From: a bacterium
GTDB lineage: Bacteria; Patescibacteriota; Microgenomatia; UBA1400; UBA12108
Direction of reading: 5' to 3'
Assembly (NCBI GenBank): GCA_021788365.1
Contig: JAJYKS010000002.1
Coordinates: 32,521-96,520, forward strand
Length of the DNA stretch: 64,000 nt
A program made the position numbers and the translations under genes. Numbering within the stretch: position 1 is the first letter of the stretch; each line of letters begins with the position of its first letter. Shown here one piece after another: positions 31,233 to 40,936 of this stretch. Below the pieces are notes generated by a model that worked only from the letters and a program-made list of their open reading frames with translations, made no database searches and had not been told where the DNA came from.

Positions 31233-33527
31233 ATGCCTGCCCGCCCAAAATACATTCTCTGGTTTCATGAAATCGATAAAGAAGATGTAGCTATAGTCGG
31301 GGGCAAGGGCGCGAACCTTGGCGAAATGACCCAGGCCGGTTTTCCCGTCCCCCCCGGATTTGTCGTCAACGCCGAGGCCTACCGTCACCACATCGAAGTA
31401 AACCACCTTGAAGACAAGATCCGCAAAATTCTCGAAGGCTTGGACGTCGAAAACGCCGACGCCCTAAATCGCGCTGCTCACGACGTGCAGGCTGTCATCA
31501 CCAAAGCACCATTCCCGAAAGACATAGAGAGTGAGGTGTTTGAGGCCTACGACAAGCTGGGGCGAGATCCTTGGGTTGCGGTCCGAAGCAGCGCCACAGC
31601 CGAAGATTTGCCCTCTGCGAGTTTTGCGGGCCAGCAGGAAACCTACTTAAACGTAAAGGGTGACGCATCGCTTATTGTTCACATTCGCATGGCCTGGGCT
31701 AGCTTGTTCGAGCCGCGTGCCATCTATTATCGGCAGACACAGGGTTTCGATCATTTCAAGGTTGCGCTCGCCTGTCCCGTCCAGAAAATGGTTCAGTCAG
31801 AGGTGTCGGGTATCATGTTCTCGATAAACCCCGTAACAAACGACAAAAAACACATCATCGTCGAGGCTATCTGGGGCCTCGGAGAGAACATCGTGCAAGG
31901 CGCAGTAACACCAGATCGTTATGTAGTAGACAAAGAGACGCTCAAACTCGAAGACTTCAAGGTGGTCCCTCAAACAATCGAGCTTGTGAGGACAGGTGAA
32001 GGAGTAAATAAAAATCGTAAAGTGCCAAAATCCCGAGTCGACAAGCGCAAACTCTCGACAAAAGAAGTCGAGTATTTGGCAGGCCTCAGCAAAAAGCTCC
32101 AAGCACACTACTTCTTCCCACAAGATTCTGAGTGGGCGATAGAAAACAACGAGATCTTCCTCGTACAGACACGTCCAATAACAACGATTAAAGCCACAGA
32201 AGAAAAGCACAAAGAAGAAGTACACGCTGCGGCGCACCCCATCTCGGGGAAGCTAGTTTTAGAAGGCGAGCCCGCGTCACCAGGTATTACCACCGGCGTA
32301 GTCAATATCCTAAAATCCGCCCGTGAAATCGGGAAGATAAAGCCCGGTGACGTGCTGGTAACTGACATGACTACTCCAGATTTTGTCCCTGCCATGAAGC
32401 GCGCTGTTGCAATAGTCACCAACAAAGGCGGGCAAACAAGTCACGCCGCAATCGTCTCACGTGAGCTGGGTGTACCGTGCGTCGTGGGCACCAAAACCGC
32501 AACACGTACACTAAAGCAAGGGCAGGTAGTCACCATAGATGGCGCGGCAGGGAAAGTGTTTCTTACCAACCTCAAACCATCCTCGGTCCACTTTGCCCCC
32601 AAGGATACCACGTATCACGAGTCGGAAACAGAGCACCTGAAAACAGCGACCAAAGTCTATGTAAACTTGGGCGAACCAGATCTAGCCGCAACAGTCGCCA
32701 GAAAAAACGTCGACGGCGTGGGACTACTTCGTGCCGAATTTATGATCGCCGGCATCGGCACACATCCCAGAAAGTTGATCGCCGACAAGAAGAGTAATAT
32801 TTTTGTAGACAAGCTTGCAGAGGGTATGAGTAAAATCTGCAGTGCCTTCGGCGACCGTCCCGTCGTCTATCGTGCCACCGACTTTAAGACCAACGAATAC
32901 AAACATCTCAAGGGTGGAGATGCGTACGAGCCAGAAGAGCCAAATCCCTTGATGGGTTACCGTGGTGCGTTCCGCTACGTGCACGACCCTGATGTATTCG
33001 AGCTAGAGCTCAAAGCCATCAAAAAGGTTCGTAACGAAATGGGTCTGAAGAATCTTCACCTCATGATCCCGTTTGTCCGCAACGTTCGCGAGATGGCAGC
33101 AGTAAAGAAGCTCGTGGTAGCCGCAGGTCTCACCAGAAGCACCACCTTCAAGCTTTGGATGATGGTAGAGATACCGGTCAACGTCATTCTTCTCGACTCA
33201 TTTATCGACGTCGGGATAGATGGTGTCTCAGTAGGCACCAACGACCTCACCATGCTCATGATGGGCACAGATCGCGACAACGAGACGGTCGCAGAAGATT
33301 ACGACGAACGGAGTCCGGCCATGCTCTGGGCATTGCAACACATCATCCGAACCTGCCACAAGCGCGGTATCACCGTCTCGGTGTGCGGCCAAGCGCCAAG
33401 TAGCCATGCAGATTTTGCCGAGTTCTTGGTCAAAGAGGGCGTGACCAGTGTATCGGTCACACCGGACGTCATAGACAAGACTCGACAAGTTATTTACGAC
33501 ACCGAAAAACGCATAGCCTCAAAGTAA
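31233..33527 (+). CDS. ppsA: Phosphoenolpyruvate synthase (PEP-utilising enzyme)
   Basis: ATP-grasp N-domain (VAIVGGKGANLGEM), phosphohistidine domain (GGQTSHAAIVSRELGVPCVVG) and PEP-binding C-domain; 764 aa. Confidence 0.85.
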   Translation: MPARPKYILWFHEIDKEDVAIVGGKGANLGEMTQAGFPVPPGFVVNAEAYRHHIEVNHLEDKIRKILEGLDVENADALNRAAHDVQAVITKAPFPKDIESEVFEAYDKLGRDPWVAVRSSATAEDLPSASFAGQQETYLNVKGDASLIVHIRMAWASLFEPRAIYYRQTQGFDHFKVALACPVQKMVQSEVSGIMFSINPVTNDKKHIIVEAIWGLGENIVQGAVTPDRYVVDKETLKLEDFKVVPQTIELVRTGEGVNKNRKVPKSRVDKRKLSTKEVEYLAGLSKKLQAHYFFPQDSEWAIENNEIFLVQTRPITTIKATEEKHKEEVHAAAHPISGKLVLEGEPASPGITTGVVNILKSAREIGKIKPGDVLVTDMTTPDFVPAMKRAVAIVTNKGGQTSHAAIVSRELGVPCVVGTKTATRTLKQGQVVTIDGAAGKVFLTNLKPSSVHFAPKDTTYHESETEHLKTATKVYVNLGEPDLAATVARKNVDGVGLLRAEFMIAGIGTHPRKLIADKKSNIFVDKLAEGMSKICSAFGDRPVVYRATDFKTNEYKHLKGGDAYEPEEPNPLMGYRGAFRYVHDPDVFELELKAIKKVRNEMGLKNLHLMIPFVRNVREMAAVKKLVVAAGLTRSTTFKLWMMVEIPVNVILLDSFIDVGIDGVSVGTNDLTMLMMGTDRDNETVAEDYDERSPAMLWALQHIIRTCHKRGITVSVCGQAPSSHADFAEFLVKEGVTSVSVTPDVIDKTRQVIYDTEKRIASK

Positions 33528-33530
33528 CCT

Positions 33531-34793
33531 ATGCCAAAAATCAGTCGCATCGTAGCCAGAGAAATCTTAGATTCACGTGCCACACCCACGGTAGAAGCAT
33601 CGGTGATGCTGGATTCTGGCCACTTTGGCACCGCATCGGTTCCCTCGGGAGCGTCGACAGGCAAAACCGAAGCGGTGGAGTTGCGGGACAACGATCCTGC
33701 CAGATACCACGGTAAAGGGGTGCAAAAAGCCGTATCTAATATCGTAAACCACATAGCTCCAGGGTTAATTGGCATGGACGCTAGCAATCAAGAAGCCCTC
33801 GATAAAAAAATGGGCGACCTAGATGGCACGGGCAACAAAGCAAAATTGGGCGCCAACGCCATGCTTGCCGTTTCCGTCGCCTGCCTCAAAGCCGCCGCTT
33901 CTGCTGCCCGCATGCCGCTGTTCGCCTACATCGCCGCTCGCTATCGTCCGGGTGCAGCGCTCGCCATACCAGGCGTCGAATTCAACCTCATAAACGGTGG
34001 CAAACACGGCGCAGGCAACCTCGATTTTCAAGAGTTTCACGTCATTCCTTCCACTCGCTTCAGTTTCAGTCAGACATTGCAGGCGGGTACCGAAATATTC
34101 GAGGATCTTAAGCAAGAGCTCATCCACAGAAACGCCGTCCACTCCGTCGGGGACGAAGGTGGCTTTGCGCCAAATCTCTTCACCAACTCCGATGCCTTGG
34201 AACTTTTGGCGCTTGTCATCAAAAACTCGCCCTACCGTCTGGGGAGCGATGTTTTCCTCGCTCTCGACGTCGCCGCGGATGTGTTCTACAAAGATGGTAA
34301 ATATCAAATCAAAGACTCTCCCCGGCCGCTTGATGTAGATGGCATGATTGCACTCTACCAAGGGCTGGTCAAAGATTATGGCCTGCTCGCCATAGAAGAC
34401 GGCTTGGATCAAGAAGATTTCCGCGGCTGGAGCAAGATGCGCCAAGCACTTCCCGCGACTGTGACGCTCGTCGCCGATGATCTTGTGACTACCAATATAA
34501 AACGGCTGGAGCGCGCTATAGAAGAAAAATCATGCACTGGCGTCATTGTAAAACCAAACCAGATAGGCACCGTATCCGAAACCGTGCAATTTATGATGAC
34601 GGCAGCTGCCGATCACGTCTCAACTATTTGTTCGCACCGCTCCGGTGAAACAAACGACCCCTTTATTGCCGACTTTGCGGTCGGCATGGGTGCGAACTAC
34701 GTCAAGTTCGGCGCTCCGGACCGTGGCGAACGTGTCGCCAAATACAACCGACTCCTGGAAATCGAGACGTACCTTGCCGCGAAGGCCGGTTAG
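33531..34793 (+). CDS. eno: Enolase
   Basis: REILDSRATPTVEASV...SGASTG and IKPNQIGT motifs. Confidence 0.95.
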   Translation: MPKISRIVAREILDSRATPTVEASVMLDSGHFGTASVPSGASTGKTEAVELRDNDPARYHGKGVQKAVSNIVNHIAPGLIGMDASNQEALDKKMGDLDGTGNKAKLGANAMLAVSVACLKAAASAARMPLFAYIAARYRPGAALAIPGVEFNLINGGKHGAGNLDFQEFHVIPSTRFSFSQTLQAGTEIFEDLKQELIHRNAVHSVGDEGGFAPNLFTNSDALELLALVIKNSPYRLGSDVFLALDVAADVFYKDGKYQIKDSPRPLDVDGMIALYQGLVKDYGLLAIEDGLDQEDFRGWSKMRQALPATVTLVADDLVTTNIKRLERAIEEKSCTGVIVKPNQIGTVSETVQFMMTAAADHVSTICSHRSGETNDPFIADFAVGMGANYVKFGAPDRGERVAKYNRLLEIETYLAAKAG

Positions 34794-34825
34794 CTCAATT
34801 CGCTAAATTCAGCTAAGATAAACAT

Positions 34826-36436
34826 ATGCAAAAGTCTCGTGTTGCCCTAATTATTCTCGACGGTTGGGGCATAGGTCCCGAATATCCAGGCAACGCCGAG
34901 CGCCTCGCCAAAACACCGACGCTAAATATACTCTGGAATACCTTTCCCCACACAGAGCTCTTGGCTTCTGGCGAAGCCGTTGGCCTCCCCAAAGGTGAAG
35001 TGGGTAATACCGAGACAGGACATCTCAATATAGGCGCCGGCCGCATCGTATACCAGGACCTCCCGAGAATAAACATGGCGATTGCGTCAGGGACATTTTT
35101 CCAAAACAAGGCCTTTCTAAAAGCAGCAGATCACGTCAAGACACGGGGTTCGTCGCTTCACATCCTCGGACTCATAGGTCAAGGCGGGGTGCACTCGGTG
35201 AACGAACATCTGTATGCCCTCTTACGCTTTGCCAAAAATAGCGGAGTACCAACCGTGTATCTACATCTCATCACAGACGGCCGTGACTCTGCCCCGACAT
35301 CCTCTCCCATGTACCTTGAACAAGTGCAAAAAGAAATTGAGGAAATCGGCATCGGTAAAATTGCAAGCGTGCTAGGCCGCTACTACGCGATGGATCGTGA
35401 TCATCGATGGGAACGCACCAAGGTTGCCTACGATGCCCTGGTAAATGGGGTAGGGGAGACATCCGCAGACATTGTAGGGACCATCAACGCGAGGTACAGC
35501 AAAGGAGAAACCGATGAATTCCTAAAACCGATAATCGTACCAGGCACTGCACGCATCCACGACAACGACGCCGTCATCTTCTATAACTACCGCATCGATC
35601 GTCCTAGACAGCTCACCCGGGCACTAACACTCCCCGAAAACGGCGTCGCCAATTTGCCCGAATCCTTCGATCCCTACGCGGTGAAATATCACAAAACCCA
35701 CCTGCTAGAAACGCCGCAATCCACCATGTTTGCTCGCGATCATCTTCCCAAAAACCTTTGCTTTGTCACCATGACGCAATACGAAAAAGATTTCCCGGTC
35801 GAAGTTGCCTTCCCCCCCGAATTCGTCGAGATGCCGCTTTCGCGCATCATAGCCCTCAACGGACTGCGGCAACTTAAGCTTGCGGAAAGCGAAAAAGAAC
35901 GTTTTGTTACATACTACTTCAATGGCCAGCGAGAGCTAGCATTCCCCGGAGAAGACGTCGATATTACTGCTTCACCCAAGGTAGCCACGTATGACCTCCA
36001 ACCTGAGATGTCGGGAGTCGAACAAACAAAAAAACTCCTAGCCGCATTGAATGGTTCCAAATATGATCTTGTCGTCATCAACTACGCCAATCCCGATATG
36101 GTCGCCCACACCGGCAACCTGCAGGCAACTATCAAAGCCTGCGAGCTTGTAGACGGGTGGCTCCGAGAGGTGTACGGCCGCGTCATGCAAACAGAAGGGA
36201 TGGTTGCCATGATTACCGCCGATCACGGGCACGCAGAACAGCTAACCAACCCAACAACGGGGGGAGTTGCGACAGAACATACGGCAAGTCCGGTGCCGTT
36301 CATCATGTTCGGACAACAATTTCTAAACCAAGGAAGCACGCTTACTCGTGGCATTCTCGCCGACATAGCCCCAACCATCCTGAAAATCTTAGGACTGGAA
36401 AAACCACAGGGCATGACCGGACGTTCACTAATCTAG
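34826..36436 (+). CDS. gpmI: 2,3-bisphosphoglycerate-independent phosphoglycerate mutase
   Basis: ILDGWGIG N-terminus, TDGRDS, and C-terminal ADHGHAE. Confidence 0.9.
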   Translation: MQKSRVALIILDGWGIGPEYPGNAERLAKTPTLNILWNTFPHTELLASGEAVGLPKGEVGNTETGHLNIGAGRIVYQDLPRINMAIASGTFFQNKAFLKAADHVKTRGSSLHILGLIGQGGVHSVNEHLYALLRFAKNSGVPTVYLHLITDGRDSAPTSSPMYLEQVQKEIEEIGIGKIASVLGRYYAMDRDHRWERTKVAYDALVNGVGETSADIVGTINARYSKGETDEFLKPIIVPGTARIHDNDAVIFYNYRIDRPRQLTRALTLPENGVANLPESFDPYAVKYHKTHLLETPQSTMFARDHLPKNLCFVTMTQYEKDFPVEVAFPPEFVEMPLSRIIALNGLRQLKLAESEKERFVTYYFNGQRELAFPGEDVDITASPKVATYDLQPEMSGVEQTKKLLAALNGSKYDLVVINYANPDMVAHTGNLQATIKACELVDGWLREVYGRVMQTEGMVAMITADHGHAEQLTNPTTGGVATEHTASPVPFIMFGQQFLNQGSTLTRGILADIAPTILKILGLEKPQGMTGRSLI

Positions 36437-37141
36437 CGATTCTTTTGCAAGAACAAGCACTATCTCACCTTTTACGCCCGCTGTAGCATAGTGCTGCAAA
36501 AGCTGGCTTGTTGTTCCCTCGACCCGCTCCTCATGCATCTTGGTAAGCTCTCGGCATAGAGTGCAGCGCACCTCACCCATGACCCGAGAAATTGCCTCCA
36601 AATCTTTTAGCAATCTATGTGGAGAGACGCAGAGCGCGATACGTGCAGATGGCACGTCCTCCCAAATTCGCAGAGCAGTCGCAAGAAGTCGGTCAGCTTT
36701 CCCACTCGTCTTTGGCAAAAAACCAAGATACGTAAACACTTCCCCACCCAGAGCGCTCCACACAAGGGCAGTCGTGAGCGCCGTCACTCCGGGGACAATC
36801 TGCACGGGGAGCCGCGCGTCGAGGACACCTCGGATCGCCCGATACCCTGGATCGGAGAGTGCGGGCATGCCCGCATCAGTGACAAGCCCCACAACGTGAC
36901 CCTCGGAGACTAGTCGTACCACTTCCGGTGCCATGCGCGATTCGTTAAATTCGTTGTATGCCAGGTAGCGTGGAGTCGTATGGAGCAGGCCCTTTTCTCG
37001 GTACAGGTTCACGAGGCGTGAGGCGACACGGCTATCCTCACACACCAGCACCTCAACTTTATCGAGCGTCTCGAGCGCGCGCAGGGTAATGTCTCCGAGG
37101 TTGCCAATTGGCGTGCCGATAACATACAGAATTCCAGACAT
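36428..37141 (-). CDS. rsmI: 16S rRNA (cytidine1402-2'-O)-methyltransferase
   Basis: LYVIGTPIGNLGDITLRALETL and VLVCEDSRVASRL motifs; the 3' end overlaps gpmI convergently. Confidence 0.85.
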   Translation of the reverse strand: MSGILYVIGTPIGNLGDITLRALETLDKVEVLVCEDSRVASRLVNLYREKGLLHTTPRYLAYNEFNESRMAPEVVRLVSEGHVVGLVTDAGMPALSDPGYRAIRGVLDARLPVQIVPGVTALTTALVWSALGGEVFTYLGFLPKTSGKADRLLATALRIWEDVPSARIALCVSPHRLLKDLEAISRVMGEVRCTLCRELTKMHEERVEGTTSQLLQHYATAGVKGEIVLVLAKESLD

Positions 37142-37308
37142 GCGCTAAGTATACCGCAATAGCTACACATATTAACGAGCACACGAGCAGAGCAATTTTC
37201 AGCGCGGAGCGTCGAACTGGTTGTTCCAGTAAGCTGTGAGCACTGCAAAATTGTGGCGCGAGTGCTCGTCTCTATACGATTCTCCATTCACCCGATATAC
37301 TATTTCCT

Positions 37309-37977
37309 ATGCTAAATACACTGCTTGCTCCGCTCGCCCACTTCGTAACCTATCTTATCGCTACCCTCGGCTACCCCGGCGTCGCCCTCGCCATGGCGAT
37401 CGAGTCTGCCTGTATCCCACTTCCCTCAGAAATTATTATGCCGTTCTCTGGCTTTCTCGTTTCGGCTGGTACGTTCACGCTTCTTGGTATCACAATTGCC
37501 GGTACTATTGGTGGCCTCATAGGCTCACTTGCCGCCTACGCCTTGGGTTACTGGGGTGGCGAAACCGTTGTACGTGACGTCATCCGCAAATACGGGAAAT
37601 ATGTATTTATCAAAGAAAAAGAATTCGATCACTCCATTGTTTGGTTCGACAAATACGGGTCGACCATTACCTTTACCTCGCGTCTCCTGCCGGTTATCCG
37701 CACTTTTATTTCACTGCCTGCAGGTATTGCTCGCATGCCGATTCTGCCATTTGTTGTGTACACCACCTTAGGTTCGGCAATCTGGACACTGCTCCTAGGA
37801 TACCTTGGCCTGCAGCTCGGCAGCAATTGGGACACCCTCGGTGTCTACTTTCATCAATTCGATATAGCAGTCGTGCTGGTCGGCACCCTAACCGTTGGTT
37901 TCTATTTCTACAAAAAACATCAAGAGGCAACGCACAGTTTGCTCTACCGTCTCCTCCACACGCTCCACATCCGTTAA
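37309..37977 (+). CDS. DedA-family membrane protein
   Basis: 'GYPGVALAMAIESACIPLPSEIIMPFSGFL' DedA signature; multi-TM. Confidence 0.8.
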   Translation: MLNTLLAPLAHFVTYLIATLGYPGVALAMAIESACIPLPSEIIMPFSGFLVSAGTFTLLGITIAGTIGGLIGSLAAYALGYWGGETVVRDVIRKYGKYVFIKEKEFDHSIVWFDKYGSTITFTSRLLPVIRTFISLPAGIARMPILPFVVYTTLGSAIWTLLLGYLGLQLGSNWDTLGVYFHQFDIAVVLVGTLTVGFYFYKKHQEATHSLLYRLLHTLHIR

Positions 37978-37978
37978 T

Positions 37979-38599
37979 TTATTGGCCAAATCGGCGCACA
38001 AGCCCCACCACTTTTCCCTGGACCTTAACATTCTTCGCGTAAATAGGTTTCATGGTACTGTTGGCCGGCTCCAGACGTATCCGCGTAGCCTCCTTAAAAA
38101 ATTTTTTGAGTGTTGCGAGACCGTTGTCGAGAAGGGCGACTACAATATCACCATCGTGTGCCTCGGGATGCTCCTCTACGACAACAAAATCACCGTCGAG
38201 TATCCCTTCGTCAATCATGCTATCACCCCTAACCTGCAGGACAAACGATCGCTTCTTGCCCGTGAGCATCGCCGAAGAGACGCGAAGCGTTGCATTTGGG
38301 TCGGTCATTGGCTGGATTGGCGTCCCCGCCGCAATAAAGCCAAGTATTGGCAACTCCACTCCGTCCACGCTGGTGGCGAGTTTTTCATCAAGCAACTCTA
38401 TCCCACGCACAGCGCCCTCAAATCGTTTGATAACACCCTTCTTCGCAAGTGTCTGCAAGTGCTCGTGAACAGTCGCAAGCGAGGACACTCCCAGTGCATC
38501 AGCGATCTCCTGCAGAGTAGGGGACGTGTTAAATTTTTGGATATACTGAGAAATAAAGTCGACGATCTGTCGCTGTCGCTTATAAAGTGTTATCGGCAT
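37979..38599 (-). CDS. lexA: LexA repressor (S24 peptidase)
   Basis: N-terminal wHTH (LTKRQ...IADALGVSS.ATVHEHL), Ala-Gly cleavage site, Ser (GDSM) and Lys (KKF) catalytic residues. Start placed at MPITLYK; the mRNA is near-leaderless. Confidence 0.88.
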   Translation of the reverse strand: MPITLYKRQRQIVDFISQYIQKFNTSPTLQEIADALGVSSLATVHEHLQTLAKKGVIKRFEGAVRGIELLDEKLATSVDGVELPILGFIAAGTPIQPMTDPNATLRVSSAMLTGKKRSFVLQVRGDSMIDEGILDGDFVVVEEHPEAHDGDIVVALLDNGLATLKKFFKEATRIRLEPANSTMKPIYAKNVKVQGKVVGLVRRFGQ

Positions 38600-38640
38600 A
38601 GCTTTACTGTAACCCAAATAAATCCCGTATGTCAAGCATG
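38600..38640 (-). promoter_or_regulatory. lexA promoter/putative operator: TTGACATACGGGATTTATTTGGGTTACAGTA
   Basis: 26/31 identical to the motif at 7404-7434; TTGACA, 18 nt, TACAGT, then 6 nt to the ATG. Confidence 0.4.
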
Positions 38641-38674
38641 CGCTTGAAAAGCAAGTGCATGATATTATGTCTCC

Positions 38675-40309
38675 ATGCGATTTTTACGTATCCTTGCCGC
38701 ACTTCTATCGTCGAGTATCTACCTTCTAGCATCTATCCCCGTCTACGCAACCGGTGAATTTACTACCGCTTTCACCTCGACGTACGTCGTCGGTAACAAC
38801 ACGACAACGCACGTCTCTCACGCCATTTCCATTACGAATAACCTCGCACACATCTACACCACGTCGTACACACTCTCCGTAGGCTCCGACAAAGTGACAA
38901 ATATTAAGGCAAGCGACGAAAAGGGGACACTGTCTGCCGCCGTGGATAAAAACGGCGCCGCAACAACCATCACGATCAACATACCCAATCCGGCCATGGG
39001 GCAAGGTAAAACAAAAAATCTCCAAGTATCCTATGACACGCCTGACATTGCAGAGGTTATAGGAAACACGGCAACCGTAAATATCCCACGTCTTTACCGC
39101 GGCAATGAAGTTGCAGCGTACTCCCGTGTCATCGTTGTACCTCGTACCTTTCCGCCACTGACAATTGTCTCGCCGCAACCGTCTACCTCCTCAAAACTAC
39201 AAGACGGCACGACGAGCTACACCTTCGTCGGCCATCCCGAAGAGAGCATTAGCTTACTCTTTGGCTCATCCGTCACCTACCAGCTCTCACTCGCCTACGA
39301 CATCCAAAATCCCACCTATAACGCTGGTGACACCGAAATCGCCCTCCCGCCCGACACGCGCTATCAACATAGTATGATAAAGAGCCTCACGCCTGCTCCC
39401 AAAACTATCCGGGTAGACGCAGATGGTAACTGGCTCGCCGTTTATCCCCTCGGCAGTCGCGCGAGCGAAACCATTCACGCAGTACTATTTGCAACAGTCT
39501 ACCCAAATCCCGAAGGAGTCGATCCTTCAAGCCTAGGCACGTCGCTCACTGCTGCACAAAAATACTGGGAAACAGGAGACAGCAGCGTACAATCGCTCGC
39601 CCGATCGCTTACTTCTCCTGAAAATATCTATAACTACCTCGTCGACAACTTTCGGTACAACTACCATCGTGTGGCCGTGGGTGCCACCAGACTTGGCGCC
39701 GTAGCCGCACTCGCCTCCCCAACCGATGCCATCTGCACCGAATTTACCGATACGTTTGTAGCGCTTTCCCGCGCCTCGGGTGTGCCGGCACGCGAAATAG
39801 ACGGCTATGCCTACTCAACAGATAACACCCTCCACCCGCTTTCCGTAGAGACCGATGTACTCCACGCCTGGCCAGAATACTACGACGCGGGTAACGCCGT
39901 GTGGCAAGAGGTAGACCCCACTTGGGGCAATACAACCGGCGGGATAGATTACTTTCACAAATTAGATTTCAGTCACATCGCGTTTGTACGCCATGGCGTA
40001 GAGTCCACCTATCCCTATCCGGCCGGTGCCTACAAAACAAGCGCGGATGAAAAGCAAGTACAAGTTACCGTCGTCGCCACTACACCAAAGGAAGATGACT
40101 CATATCAAATACTCCCAGGTGGTGTCATACGAAATACCGGAAACGTAGCTATGGTAAACCGGCCAGTAAAAGTAGGGGACAATACGGTTACCGTCTCCTA
40201 CCTGCCGCCATACGGAGAATTCACAACTCCGCTCGCAAAAAGCACCGGCTGGTCTCTGGCTTATGTTGTACAGGCTATTCGCGATTTTCTCAAAAAACTG
40301 TTACCATAG
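38675..40309 (+). CDS. Secreted transglutaminase-like (cysteine protease fold) protein
   Basis: Signal peptide and a Cys-His-Asp core (AICTEFTDTFV...LHAWPEYYD...WQEVDPTWG). Confidence 0.7.
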   Translation: MRFLRILAALLSSSIYLLASIPVYATGEFTTAFTSTYVVGNNTTTHVSHAISITNNLAHIYTTSYTLSVGSDKVTNIKASDEKGTLSAAVDKNGAATTITINIPNPAMGQGKTKNLQVSYDTPDIAEVIGNTATVNIPRLYRGNEVAAYSRVIVVPRTFPPLTIVSPQPSTSSKLQDGTTSYTFVGHPEESISLLFGSSVTYQLSLAYDIQNPTYNAGDTEIALPPDTRYQHSMIKSLTPAPKTIRVDADGNWLAVYPLGSRASETIHAVLFATVYPNPEGVDPSSLGTSLTAAQKYWETGDSSVQSLARSLTSPENIYNYLVDNFRYNYHRVAVGATRLGAVAALASPTDAICTEFTDTFVALSRASGVPAREIDGYAYSTDNTLHPLSVETDVLHAWPEYYDAGNAVWQEVDPTWGNTTGGIDYFHKLDFSHIAFVRHGVESTYPYPAGAYKTSADEKQVQVTVVATTPKEDDSYQILPGGVIRNTGNVAMVNRPVKVGDNTVTVSYLPPYGEFTTPLAKSTGWSLAYVVQAIRDFLKKLLP

Positions 40310-40313
40310 CGCT

Positions 40314-40721
40314 ATGCGTGCATTTATCGTACGAGTACTTGCTTCAGCCATAGGGTTTTATCTAGTTGCATCAGTCGTAAGTGGTTTTCACATTGACCCC
40401 ACATGGTCCAGCTACGCGACGGCTGGCGTTGTCTTTACCTTGTTTAACTTGCTGGTACTACCGGTCGTAAAACTACTGCTCCTTCCGGTCAACTTACTCA
40501 CCCTCGGTCTTCTGCGCTGGCTCGCAAATGTCATTGTTCTGTACCTCTTTACCCTAACCTATTCTGGAGTACACATTACCGCCTACCAGTTTCAAGGCTA
40601 CAGCTCATCCATAGTAGCGCTCCCCGCCGCCCACCTTTCGCTATTTTGGGTACTCGTGATTGTCTCCTTGCTCATGAGCATAACGACTGGTATAGTGATG
40701 GCGCTATTCAAGACAGAATAA
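40314..40721 (+). CDS. DUF360/phage-holin-4-like small membrane protein
   Basis: 4 TM; 'LLLPVNLLTLGLLRWLANVIVLYLF' is family-typical. Confidence 0.45.
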   Translation: MRAFIVRVLASAIGFYLVASVVSGFHIDPTWSSYATAGVVFTLFNLLVLPVVKLLLLPVNLLTLGLLRWLANVIVLYLFTLTYSGVHITAYQFQGYSSSIVALPAAHLSLFWVLVIVSLLMSITTGIVMALFKTE

Positions 40722-40722
40722 T

Positions 40723-40926
40723 ATGATCACACTGATAATACAAATACTCGTTTCTATCGTTTTAGTCGCGGTCATCGTGCTGCAATCAAAGGGAACGGGC
40801 TTAGGAGCCGCGTTCGGTGGCACTACTTCGTACCACACCAAGCGCGGGATGGAAAAGTCGCTATTTGCGACGACCATCATTCTCTCGATAGCGTTTGTTG
40901 TTCTTGCCATGATAAACGCCTTGTAA
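40723..40926 (+). CDS. secG: Preprotein translocase subunit SecG
   Basis: 67 aa, 2 TM; 'VLQSKGTGLGAAFGG' SecG motif. Confidence 0.75.
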   Translation: MITLIIQILVSIVLVAVIVLQSKGTGLGAAFGGTTSYHTKRGMEKSLFATTIILSIAFVVLAMINAL

Positions 40927-40936
40927 TGGGAGCTGC

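Noticed and set aside
38600-38680. Canonical LexA boxes (Gram-positive CGAAC-N4-GTTCG or E. coli CTGT-N8-ACAG) upstream of lexA, dinB or uvrB
   Set aside because: None is found. Only CTGT without a partner ACAG upstream of lexA and uvrB, and CCGTCGAACGG upstream of uvrB with no GTTCG partner. The lineage-specific motif in the first finding is proposed instead.
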